NCBI GenBank assembly: GCA_025361285.1
Contig: JANYAP010000068.1
Span: forward strand, 2,696 to 66,695
Source: Bacteroidales bacterium
GTDB taxonomy: Bacteria; Bacteroidota; Bacteroidia; Bacteroidales; JAAUTT01
Direction: 5' to 3'
Length of the DNA stretch: 64,000 bases
Position numbers and translations under genes: made by a program. Below, piece by piece: positions 55,649 to 64,000 of the stretch. Under the pieces are notes generated by a model. It searched no databases. It was not told the DNA's origin and saw only the letters and a program-made list of their open reading frames with translations. Numbering within the stretch: position 1 is the first letter of the stretch; each line of letters begins with the position of its first letter.

Positions 55649-57567
55649 ACCGAAGATTTCGTAAACCCCAGTTTATTAATATGTTCCATGTTTTTTCGGT
55701 TGCAAATATTCTTTCCTTCGGGGGTGTAAAGGAAGGTAACAATGTCGGCATAAGCATCGGTAATTTTTCCGCGAACCATTTTCATAGTGCTGTTTAGCAT
55801 TTGGTTATCCTCAGTAAAGCCCTCTGGTAATATGCAAATTGCCGATGGTAACCATCGCTGTGGAAACATATGGCCGTGCTTTTTTCCAGTACGATATTCG
55901 TGTATTTCACTTTCAATAAGTTTTAAGGCTGCGGTAGGCTCATCGCCATTATGTATATGCGAATGGTGTTTTTGCAGCCAGCGCTTAACGGCTTCTTTAT
56001 TAATGGCTACCAAGGCAATAGTGTATGCATTTTGGTTGTTGTACAACATACATTGCCCAATGTATTGCGATTGTGCCACAAAAGCTTCCTCAATGCCTTC
56101 GGGGCTGTATTTCTCGCCATCGTCGGCAATTAGTAAGCTTTTAAACCTTCCGAAAACATACAAAAATCCATCATCGTCCATCGACCCTAAATCGCCAGTA
56201 TATAGCCATCCGTTTTTCAACGCTTCGCTGGTGGCGGTGGGGTTATTCCAGTAACCTGCCATAACGTTTTCGCCGCGAATTACAATTTCGCCCTTTTCGC
56301 CTATCGGGACTTCGTTGCCGTTCACGTCGCAAATTTTTAGATCAATTGGTTTAACCAGAAAGCCCGACGAACCTAACTTGTGCCTTAGCGGTGCGTTCGA
56401 CGAAATAATTGGCGATGCTTCGGTTAGTCCATAGCCCTGATACATTGGGATGCCGATGGCATAAAAAAATCGTTGCAATTCAATATCAAGTAGCGCACCT
56501 CCGCCAACGAAGAACTCTAAGCGACCGCCAAATGCTTCGCGAACTTTCGAGAACAGAATTTTGTCGAACAAATTAACAAAAAGGTTAAGCATAAATCGCC
56601 ATCCTTTACCTTTATCGAAACCATTGCCGTTAAATGCATATCCTATTTTTAAGGCTAGGTTGAAAAGTGCAATAGTAACAGCCCCTTTAGCGCGTATTCC
56701 GTTTTCGATATTTTTACGGAAATTCTTAGCTAAAGCAGGCACGCTAAGCAGAAAGTGAGGTTTAATTTCCCTAATATTTACAGGAATATTTTTCAATGTA
56801 TCCATTGGCGTTTTACCCGTTTGAACCGATGCAATGCTTGCGCCCGATTTCATAAGTATATAAGGGCCAACAGTATGTGCAAATGCATGATCCCAAGGCA
56901 ATATTAGTAGCGAAATGTAATGCGAAGGAATGTTCATAAGCGAAAGCCCCTGTTCCACGTTTGCAGTATAATTGCGGTGGGTAAGAATAATTCCCTTCGG
57001 ATCGGCGGTGGTACCCGATGTATAACATATATTAGCATGGTCGGAAGGCTGTATCGATTTCCATGTCGATTCGAAATCGATGCGATTACTTTTCAGGTAT
57101 TCGCTACCTTGCTTAAGCACATCGCTAAAAAGAAGGTTTTTTTCGTGAACCGATTCGTCGGCTTCAAAAAGAATTACTTTTTCGAGCGATTCAAGTTCGT
57201 TTCGTAAACCATTTAACTTGCGCGATTGGCTTGCCGATGCTACTATAAAGCGCGCTCCCGAATGCATTAACCGAAATTTTATATCGGTAGCTTCGGCTAA
57301 TTTAACCGACAATGGAACATTAATAGCCCCAGCATACAAAATGCCTAACTCGCTAATTACCCAGTTATTACATCCTTCCGATAGCAATGCAATTCTGTCG
57401 CCTTTTTTAACGCCTAAAGCCATTAATCCGGCGGCTAATTTGTAAACTAACTCTTTGGTTTCGCCATAAGTAGTTGGTATATAACTGTTGCCAATTTTCT
57501 CCCACAGAAAAGTGTTGTTTTTGTATTTAGTGGCGCTTTCTTCGAATAAGTGTGTTATCGCATTCAT
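55633..57567 (-). CDS. long-chain-fatty-acid--CoA ligase (AMP-forming acyl-CoA synthetase)
   Basis: 'YTSGTTADPKGIILTH', 'GYGLTEASP', 'GWLYTGDLG'. Start taken at 'MNAITHLFEE'. Confidence 0.85.
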   Translation of the reverse strand: MNAITHLFEESATKYKNNTFLWEKIGNSYIPTTYGETKELVYKLAAGLMALGVKKGDRIALLSEGCNNWVISELGILYAGAINVPLSVKLAEATDIKFRLMHSGARFIVASASQSRKLNGLRNELESLEKVILFEADESVHEKNLLFSDVLKQGSEYLKSNRIDFESTWKSIQPSDHANICYTSGTTADPKGIILTHRNYTANVEQGLSLMNIPSHYISLLILPWDHAFAHTVGPYILMKSGASIASVQTGKTPMDTLKNIPVNIREIKPHFLLSVPALAKNFRKNIENGIRAKGAVTIALFNLALKIGYAFNGNGFDKGKGWRFMLNLFVNLFDKILFSKVREAFGGRLEFFVGGGALLDIELQRFFYAIGIPMYQGYGLTEASPIISSNAPLRHKLGSSGFLVKPIDLKICDVNGNEVPIGEKGEIVIRGENVMAGYWNNPTATSEALKNGWLYTGDLGSMDDDGFLYVFGRFKSLLIADDGEKYSPEGIEEAFVAQSQYIGQCMLYNNQNAYTIALVAINKEAVKRWLQKHHSHIHNGDEPTAALKLIESEIHEYRTGKKHGHMFPQRWLPSAICILPEGFTEDNQMLNSTMKMVRGKITDAYADIVTFLYTPEGKNICNRKNMEHINKLGFTKSSVKTLR

Positions 57568-57725
57568 AGTTTTTACGTTGTAGTTGCCGCCGAAAATACA
57601 CATCTTTCCTGAATAAGTAAAACCAATATTGCTACTATTATTTTGTAAAGATTTTTTTTTGTAAATTTTAATACGTTTATCATTGAATATAAGAATTGAT
57701 AAACCAACAGAATAAAAAATTATTA

Positions 57726-57733
57726 TATATTTG
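57726..57733 (+). promoter_or_regulatory. Bacteroidota -7 promoter box TATATTTG (TAnnTTTG)
   Basis: Exact consensus match 46 nt upstream of the secDF ATG. Confidence 0.35.
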
Positions 57734-57778
57734 CGCTCTACTTTAAAAAAACTAAATAATTTTTAAATTTTATATAAA

Positions 57779-60700
57779 ATGCAAAATAAAGGAGCAGTTA
57801 AATTATTTGCTATAGCCCTAGCGCTGGTGTGTTTGTACCAGTTGTCGTTTACTTGGTTTACAGTGCGGGTTGATAATAAAGCTAAGGTTTTTGCCAATGG
57901 CGATTTGAACAAGGAAAACAAATTTAAAGATTCTATATCGGGCGAAGTAGTTTACAACTTTTTAGGATTACGCAAATATACCTATCGCGAGTGCAAAGAG
58001 CGCCAGATAGCGTTGGGTTTGGACTTAAAAGGTGGTATGGACGTAATACTCGAAGTATCGGTAGTTGATGTAATTCGAGCATTATCGAATAACAGTACCG
58101 ACTCCACCTTCGTTAAGGCAATTGAACTAGCCAAAAAATACCAGTTAACATCTCGCGAAGATTTTGTAACTCTTTTTGGCAGAGCATTTACCAAAGTTGA
58201 CCCAAGTGCAAAAATGGCCGCCATTTTTTCGACTGTGGAATTGAAAGATAGGATAAATTTTAGTTCAACAAACGATCAGGTTTTAGCTGTTTTACACGAT
58301 CAAGCCAATGCCGCTATCGATAACTCTTTCAATATATTAAAGTCGCGTATCGATCGTTTTGGCGTTCTTCAACCAAATGTTCAGCAACTCGAAACTAAAG
58401 GTCGTATTCAAGTGGACTTACCTGGTATACAGGAACCAGAACGAGTTCGTAAACTGTTGCAAGGAACAGCCAATCTCGAATTTTGGGAAACTTATGAAAA
58501 TCAGGAAGTTTACGGATTTATGTTGGAAGCCAATAAAAAGCTTAAAGATGTTTTAGCTGCCGAAACATTAAAATCGGATTCTATTAATAATGTTAAGCCT
58601 ACAGCGGTAGCCAAAACTGTTGAAAAGAAAGATACTACAAAAACACTGTCGTTGTTGGATAAAATTGCCAGCGACTCCACAAAGCAAGATACGGCAGCAC
58701 TTCCTAATCAAGGTATTAAGGATTATCCTTTGTTTGCCTTACTTAACCCCGCCTCAAGCCGCGATGGAAAACTTCAAGAAGGTGCAATGGTTGGATACGC
58801 AAAAGTTAGCGATACCGCCAAGGTTAATTCGTACCTTCATTTAAAGCCAATTCGCTCAATTTTCCCTAGAGATATTCGCTTCCTATGGTCGAGTAAACCA
58901 ACCGAAGGCGACAAATCGATGACAATATACGAGTTATACGCTATCAAATCGTCAACGCGCGATGGACGTGCACCTTTAGATGGTAGTGTGGTAACCAATG
59001 CTCGTGGCGAATTTGGTCAAAATAAGTCGAAAGCCGAAGTTAGCATGACCATGAATGGCGAAGGTGCCAAAATATGGGCGCGATTAACAAAAGAAAATAT
59101 TGGAAAATGCATAGCTATTGTTTTGGACAATAGCGTACAAACAGCACCTCGCGTAAATGGCGAAATACCTAATGGTAGTTCGGTAATTACAGGTAATTAT
59201 TCAATTAACGAGGCACAAGATTTAGCCATTATTTTAAAATCGGGTAAAATGCCTGCCCCTGCACGCATTATCAGCGAAAACATTGTTGGGCCTTCGTTGG
59301 GTCAGGAATCGATTGAAGCTGGTTTAATGTCGTTTGTTATAGCATTTATAGGTGTATTGCTTTATATGTGGCTGTACTACGGTCGTGCCGGAAATGTGGC
59401 AAACATAGCCTTATTTACAAACGTTTTCTTCCTATTTGGTGTGTTTGCATCAATGGGCTTGGTGTTAACATTGCCAGGTATTGCAGGTATAGTTTTAACC
59501 CTTGCTATGGCGGTTGATGGTAACGTAATTATTTACGAGCGTATGCGCGAGGAAGTACGTGCTGGTAAAGGCGACAAAATGGTTGTTAAGGACGGTTTCT
59601 GGCATGCTTATTCGGCTATTATCGATGGTCACGTAACTACCATATTAACAGGTATTGTACTTTATATTTTCGGTCAAGGTCCTGTACAAGGTTTTGCAAC
59701 AGCATTGGTTGCAGGCTTACTATTATCTCTTTTTTCATCAATTTTTATTGCCCGTTTAATGTTCGAATGGATGCTTGATCGTAATATTGAAATTACACTC
59801 GGTAACAAATATACAATTGGTGCAATGACTAAAGTGAAAATTGACTTTATTGGTATTCGTAAACCAATGTACATTGTGTCGGGTATTATTATTACCATTG
59901 GACTTATTTCACTATTTGTTCGTGGATTAGATCAAAGTATCGATTTTAAAGGTGGTAGAACATATATTGTACGTTTCGATGCCGCCGTTGAAACACAGGA
60001 TGTTCGCGAATCTCTTACAAAATCGTTTGGAACTGCACCCGAAGTAAAAACTTTCGGTAACGACGATCAGGTAAAAATTACAACAGCGTATTTAATTGAT
60101 AATAAATCGAAACAAACCGATTCGATTGTTGAGAGCAAGCTATTTGAAGGTGTAAAAAGCCATTATAAAAAACCTATTACTTTTGCCGAATTTTCGCAGG
60201 GATCGAAAACAAAAACACGTGGCGAGCAAAGTTCTCAAAAAATCGACCCAATTATTTCAAACGAACTGATTTACAGAGCATTTATGGCTGTTTTCTTTGG
60301 CTTAATTATTATTTTCATATATATCGCTATTCGTTTCAAAAACTGGAAATATGGTATGGGAGGCGTGGCGTCGCTATTACACGACACACTTATTGTAATA
60401 GGAGTATTCTCGTTGTTCTGGGGAAGGCTACCTTTTAGCCTTGAAATTGGGCAGGATTTTATTGCCGCACTGCTTACCATTATTGGTTATTCAATTATGG
60501 ATACCGTAATTATTTACGATAGAATACGCGAGTACAAGCAATTATACCCTGCACGTGCTCTCGATGTGAATATTAACGACGCTATAAACCACACACTTGG
60601 GCGTACCATTAACACTTCGGGTATTACATTGGTAGTATTAATAGTAATTTTCATTTTTGGTGGCGAAATACTTCGCGGGTTTATATTCGCATTACTTGTT

Positions 60701-60814
60701 GGGGTTTCGGTAGGTACATACTCATCGGTATTTAACGCTACACCAGTAGCTTACGATATCATTAGAATGACCGAAAAGAAAAAGAAACTCGATTCAGGAA
60801 GTGTAAAAAAATAA
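57779..60814 (+). CDS. secDF: protein translocase subunit SecDF (fused)
   Basis: 1011 aa with 12 TM helices in two 6-TM blocks and large periplasmic loops. The fused form is common in Bacteroidota. Confidence 0.9.
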   Translation: MQNKGAVKLFAIALALVCLYQLSFTWFTVRVDNKAKVFANGDLNKENKFKDSISGEVVYNFLGLRKYTYRECKERQIALGLDLKGGMDVILEVSVVDVIRALSNNSTDSTFVKAIELAKKYQLTSREDFVTLFGRAFTKVDPSAKMAAIFSTVELKDRINFSSTNDQVLAVLHDQANAAIDNSFNILKSRIDRFGVLQPNVQQLETKGRIQVDLPGIQEPERVRKLLQGTANLEFWETYENQEVYGFMLEANKKLKDVLAAETLKSDSINNVKPTAVAKTVEKKDTTKTLSLLDKIASDSTKQDTAALPNQGIKDYPLFALLNPASSRDGKLQEGAMVGYAKVSDTAKVNSYLHLKPIRSIFPRDIRFLWSSKPTEGDKSMTIYELYAIKSSTRDGRAPLDGSVVTNARGEFGQNKSKAEVSMTMNGEGAKIWARLTKENIGKCIAIVLDNSVQTAPRVNGEIPNGSSVITGNYSINEAQDLAIILKSGKMPAPARIISENIVGPSLGQESIEAGLMSFVIAFIGVLLYMWLYYGRAGNVANIALFTNVFFLFGVFASMGLVLTLPGIAGIVLTLAMAVDGNVIIYERMREEVRAGKGDKMVVKDGFWHAYSAIIDGHVTTILTGIVLYIFGQGPVQGFATALVAGLLLSLFSSIFIARLMFEWMLDRNIEITLGNKYTIGAMTKVKIDFIGIRKPMYIVSGIIITIGLISLFVRGLDQSIDFKGGRTYIVRFDAAVETQDVRESLTKSFGTAPEVKTFGNDDQVKITTAYLIDNKSKQTDSIVESKLFEGVKSHYKKPITFAEFSQGSKTKTRGEQSSQKIDPIISNELIYRAFMAVFFGLIIIFIYIAIRFKNWKYGMGGVASLLHDTLIVIGVFSLFWGRLPFSLEIGQDFIAALLTIIGYSIMDTVIIYDRIREYKQLYPARALDVNINDAINHTLGRTINTSGITLVVLIVIFIFGGEILRGFIFALLVGVSVGTYSSVFNATPVAYDIIRMTEKKKKLDSGSVKK

Positions 60815-60835
60815 GATAGCTCCATTATACAGCAT

Positions 60836-60879
60836 AAAAGCCCCGAGGATATTGATATCTTCGGGGCTTTTGTATTTTT
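60836..60879. terminator. bidirectional rho-independent terminator
   Basis: Stem AAAAGCCCCGAGGATAT / ATATCTTCGGGGCTTTT, flanked by an A-run and a T-run. Lies between convergent secDF and the hipA-like gene. Confidence 0.8.
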
Positions 60880-60898
60880 AGGCAATAAAAAAATTACT

Positions 60899-61885
60899 TC
60901 AAGCTTTTGACAATTGCTTCAATCGCCTATTGTATGACTGCCAATAGTTTCCTTTCGTGAAATCGTTTAGGAATGAAGCAGATACCATTTTTGCCACAAT
61001 ATCGGATTTTGATAGCATCAACGTCATAATATCATTTAAAAACCTTTCGCTAATTCCTGCAATCTCTGCGAGTTTGAAAAATTGTGCTCTAATATTTCCT
61101 TGAGCGATATTTCTAGGTAATAATCCATCGTCTAAGGCAAAGTCTTTATCTTCAATATGTATCCGACTATTTAGGAGGTCCTAAGCAGGGCTTAACCTAT
61201 AGTCGCCCATTGGTGTTTCAAGCAGTGAAAAGTTTTTATAATGAGCATCGCCATTTGAAAATAAATAATTAAAGACAAGTATTTTCAAAAGTTTGGGTGC
61301 TTCTATTTTGTATGTAGGTAAATAATTCTGTATTAGTTGAAATAACTCCAAATAATTCCCCAAATACTTGTAATGTTCGCCATGGGTTTGTGGCGTTCTA
61401 CCTGCCAAGGAAGCAAAATCGTCCTGTGCAAGTTTTAATCCATCTTCTTTAATATCGAATCGCTTTGTTATATAAGCAGGAGAACCATTTTTAAAAAAAA
61501 TTACAGCGTTTTCATCGGTTTCTATTCCATATATCTGACGAGCAATTTGCATTGTAAGATGCTCGTTAGCTGGCATTTGGTTTAGGTTGTTACCAACACT
61601 CGGAATAGGTTTTAATATATATTCCCCACGTTCCCCTTCATTTATAAGTCGCAATGTATTTTTTTCAAGCAATAAAGAGAATTTTTCTTGTACGCCCGAG
61701 ATAGACATATGATTTCTGTTTTGTTCAAAAAGTTCATCTGTTTTAGAATTCGATGCTGGTGAATCATAAGGCAATATATGAGCTACGGCTTTACCCTTAA
61801 AGACTCTATTTAAACAGGTTCTGCTATATGTATTAAAACCTTTTGCCAAAGTACCAGGACAATATTTAGTGGCTAGTAAATTCAT
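60899..61885 (-). pseudogene. HipA/HipT-like Ser/Thr kinase toxin interrupted by an in-frame amber codon
   Basis: 'ISGVQEKFSL' and 'NGDAHYKNFSL' motifs. The ORF stops at TAG (61181-61183), where the conserved 'LSPAYDLLNS' would have Tyr. The same frame continues 'DLLNSRIHIEDKDF...' for 93 more codons, to a TGA at 60899-60901. Confidence 0.8.
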
Positions 61886-61887
61886 TA

Positions 61888-62205
61888 CTATACTATTTTT
61901 ACGACTCGAACCTCGCCAATACTATCATGTTTTGCGTAGTGATGAGTAATCCGAAGTAATCTGTTTGGTCAATTTTATTATGTTTACAAACCACTTGTTT
62001 GTTTGACCCCTTAGGAAGCATGTTATAGAAGAATGGAAATAAATATTTTGAATTAAAGGGTTGTTCAATTTTAGGCAAAGTAAGAAATATCAGGCTTGTT
62101 ATTATCTGCAATCCTTGTATCTTTATAACTGAAGTTAGTACCATCCTCATGTTGGGTTAAAACACCAGCTTCCTCGTCCTTATATAGTATTTTCGCCTTT
62201 CTCAT
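61888..62205 (-). pseudogene. HipA-N-terminal-domain (HipS-like) gene with two compensating frameshifts
   Basis: The frame starting at 62205 gives 'MRKAKILYKDEEAGVLTQHEDGTNFSYKDTRIADNNKPDIS', then TAA at 62071-62073. The conserved core 'LTLPKIEQPFNSKYLFPFFYNMLPKG...DQTDYFGLL' is in the +1 frame. The family-like end 'HHYAKHDSIGEVRVVKIV*' is back in the original frame. Confidence 0.65.
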
Positions 62206-62422
62206 TTGTTACGAGATACGTTTTAAGTTTTAAACAAAATTCCATACCCAGCACATCTACAATCTTTTGTAATGTTTTAATCGTAGGATTTCCTTTTCCA
62301 CTTTCAAAATGTTTTAATGTTCTTAAGCCAACACCAGATAATTGGGCTAAGGATTCCTGAGTAACTTTTAATGAATCTCTGCGTTTTTTTATTATTTTAA
62401 TCGAATTTTCAAACTGCTCCAT
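62180..62422 (-). CDS. XRE-family HTH protein (HipB-like antitoxin/repressor)
   Basis: 'LKVTQESLAQLSGVGLRTLKHFESGKGNPTIKTLQKIVDVLGMEF' is a Cro/C1-type HTH. It overlaps the start of the HipS-like gene. Confidence 0.8.
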   Translation of the reverse strand: MEQFENSIKIIKKRRDSLKVTQESLAQLSGVGLRTLKHFESGKGNPTIKTLQKIVDVLGMEFCLKLKTYLVTNEKGENTI

Positions 62423-62647
62423 ATCGTTGTTTTTATGTAAAAATACGATTAGTTTTTAAAAGAGCAATAAAAAGCACTATTTAGTGTATTACATTACATT
62501 TTGTGAGTTATTGCAAACTAAAGTGCAATATAATACACTATTTAACACTTTAATTCTGGTATTTTTTGAGTATTATCGGGGGCAATATATTATTTTGACT
62601 AAATATCTATTTTCATCCATTTTAAACATCAAGCAACGTGCATATTA

Positions 62648-62908
62648 TCAATTACTAAAACAGCATTTTTTTGCCTTTTTTCCACTTCCACAAGTGCAGG
62701 GGGCGTTACGGTCTATTTTTGCTGAAACTGCTTGTTGAATTGGGTTTTGCAATCTTTCAACATCGCTAATATCTTCCTCTTCACTGGGTTCGATACCTAC
62801 AATAACTTGCCAGCCGTTGCTGTCGCAAAGCTTCATAATTTCCATTGCACGTTGCTCTGTTTGTACCTTAATAACTGCAGGTTTTGCTTTTGTTCCTAGT
62901 TTGCTCAT
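62648..62908 (-). CDS. small SEC-C metal-binding-motif protein
   Basis: The C-terminal 'CTCGSGKKAKKCC' matches the SecA C-terminal zinc motif. 86 aa. Confidence 0.7.
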   Translation of the reverse strand: MSKLGTKAKPAVIKVQTEQRAMEIMKLCDSNGWQVIVGIEPSEEEDISDVERLQNPIQQAVSAKIDRNAPCTCGSGKKAKKCCFSN

Positions 62909-62943
62909 TATCTATTTGTTAATTAATGTTATGTGGGGAATTC

Positions 62944-64000
62944 TCATAATATTCCTTTTTCTCTAAGTTGTTGAAAAAGAAATACTTCGAAATTTTCAGC
63001 TGGCGATGGTGCTGGCGAAAGGGCTAGTTTTCCATCTCTATCTATCAGAAAATAAGTAGGAAACGTACGAATGTCGTATTCTTTAAGTATTTCGGGTTGG
63101 TTGCCAAAATGAAGAAACGTCCAATCGTATTTCATTTTCTTAGCAAACATCTTAGTGTCGGCAAGGGTTTCGTCGAACGAAATAGTAACAATTTTGAGTA
63201 GTTTACCGTGTTTTTCGTATAGTTTTTTAAGTAAATCGTATTCCTTTATACATGCGTAATTTTGTGTGGTACAGAACATTACATATACGTACGATCCTTT
63301 AAAGTCGGCAAGGCTAACCCAAGCACTATCCTGATTTAGCATTCTAAAAGGTGGTGGAGCATAACCAGGAAGAAGTCGAGTAACTTTTTGGCGAATGTCG
63401 ATGGCAATAGCCTTATGATTGTCAATTTTTGTTGTTAATTCGAGCGAATCGAGTATTATTAGTAATGCTTCGCGTGCAAATTGCATTTCGTAAAAGCCAT
63501 CGTGTAAGCCTTTTAAGACAACAAACTCTTTAAGTGTGTCGTTTGTAAGTACTTCATTTTGAGCCAATGTATGCTTTAAGCGTGTAAGGCTTTGGTATGT
63601 GTTAATGTCGTTGTAAATTTCTTTACCATTGTTGGTTCGTCCGAAGTACACAAAATATTTTTCGTAAACTTGGTTAAATAGCTCCATATACGCTGTGCTA
63701 TTGTATAACACTGGCTTGTTAAGGAAGTAATTATCGGATATATTGCGCGATTTAAACCGTGTGGACATAAACTTTAACAGACCCATGCGGTAGGTGTAAT
63801 ACGACCTAAAATAGGAGTTATTAATAGACGCAAAAGTTGTTTCAATTTTATGTATGGTAGTGTCTATAGCATTTACATTGTTTTTGGTGTAAATATTCGA
63901 TGCGTATTTAGCGTAAAAAGGGTCGAAATAATTATCGAACGATTGTATTAAGAGGTTTAACTCGTTATCGGGCAGTTCTGGAAGTTGTTTATTGTTTGAT
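62944..64000 (-). CDS. thioredoxin-fold (TlpA/AhpC-TSA-like) protein, 5' end beyond the window
   Basis: The C-terminal region 'YVYVMFCTTQNYACIKE...TFPTYFLIDRDGKL' resembles the redoxin fold, but with C-x6-C instead of CxxC. The reading frame stays open upstream of the listed ATG all the way to position 64000. Confidence 0.6.
   Translation of the reverse strand, partial: SNNKQLPELPDNELNLLIQSFDNYFDPFYAKYASNIYTKNNVNAIDTTIHKIETTFASINNSYFRSYYTYRMGLLKFMSTRFKSRNISDNYFLNKPVLYNSTAYMELFNQVYEKYFVYFGRTNNGKEIYNDINTYQSLTRLKHTLAQNEVLTNDTLKEFVVLKGLHDGFYEMQFAREALLIILDSLELTTKIDNHKAIAIDIRQKVTRLLPGYAPPPFRMLNQDSAWVSLADFKGSYVYVMFCTTQNYACIKEYDLLKKLYEKHGKLLKIVTISFDETLADTKMFAKKMKYDWTFLHFGNQPEILKEYDIRTFPTYFLIDRDGKLALSPAPSPAENFEVFLFQQLREKGIL

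Noticed and set aside
55525-55797. 90-aa plus-strand ORF at the 3' end of the acyl-CoA ligase gene
   Set aside because: It overlaps the ligase CDS and the stop-spanning hairpin and has no recognisable features.
1-64000. tRNA, rRNA, tmRNA, RNase P and known riboswitches
   Set aside because: Scanning intergenic regions by eye found no T-loop/acceptor-stem combinations (GGTTCRANNCC with matching ends) and no recognisable conserved cores. This is a weak negative and needs tRNAscan/Infernal to confirm.

Overview
AT-rich chromosomal segment that looks like Bacteroidota. Evidence for that: a T9SS C-terminal sorting domain, a fused SecDF, TonB/OmpA/TPR envelope proteins, and TAnnTTTG-type promoter boxes. 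Most of the window is housekeeping: rsmE, hflX, asd, lpxK, sppA, folK, pnp, rpsO, grpE-dnaJ, secDF, an acyl-CoA ligase and a purine nucleoside phosphorylase. There is also a small sugar locus (GntR-SBP regulator, RhaT-like symporter).

The most unusual content is a tightly packed co-directional cluster at about 20.9-30.4 kb, possibly extending to about 35.1 kb. It encodes CheR, a membrane GAF-PAS-PAS sensor, a degenerate CheR paralogue, a receiver-less CheB, a membrane GAF protein, a membrane GAF-PAS-PAS-PP2C (SpoIIE) phosphatase, a SiaB-like kinase and a SiaC-like (DUF1987) phosphoprotein. A large ABCG-type exporter with an extra N-terminal regulatory region and two secreted or lipoproteins follow. 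The window has no CheA, CheW, CheY, MCP signalling domain, histidine kinase or diguanylate cyclase. I read the cluster as a methylation-tuned partner-switch pathway whose output is unknown.

Other observations:
- a decayed tripartite HipB/HipS/HipT-like toxin-antitoxin locus with one amber codon and two compensating frameshifts
- two inverted copies of a ~123-bp palindromic MITE-like element bracketing a tonB-like gene and hflX
- a 31-bp hairpin motif present at two loci
- a 10-bp x14 tandem repeat plus a T10 tract at a flippase-like gene
- several heptamer-periodic simple-sequence tracts in intergenic spacers

I found no convincing tRNA, rRNA, CRISPR array, transposase or integrase. All family calls come from motif recognition by eye. 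Motif coordinates may be off by 1-2 nt.
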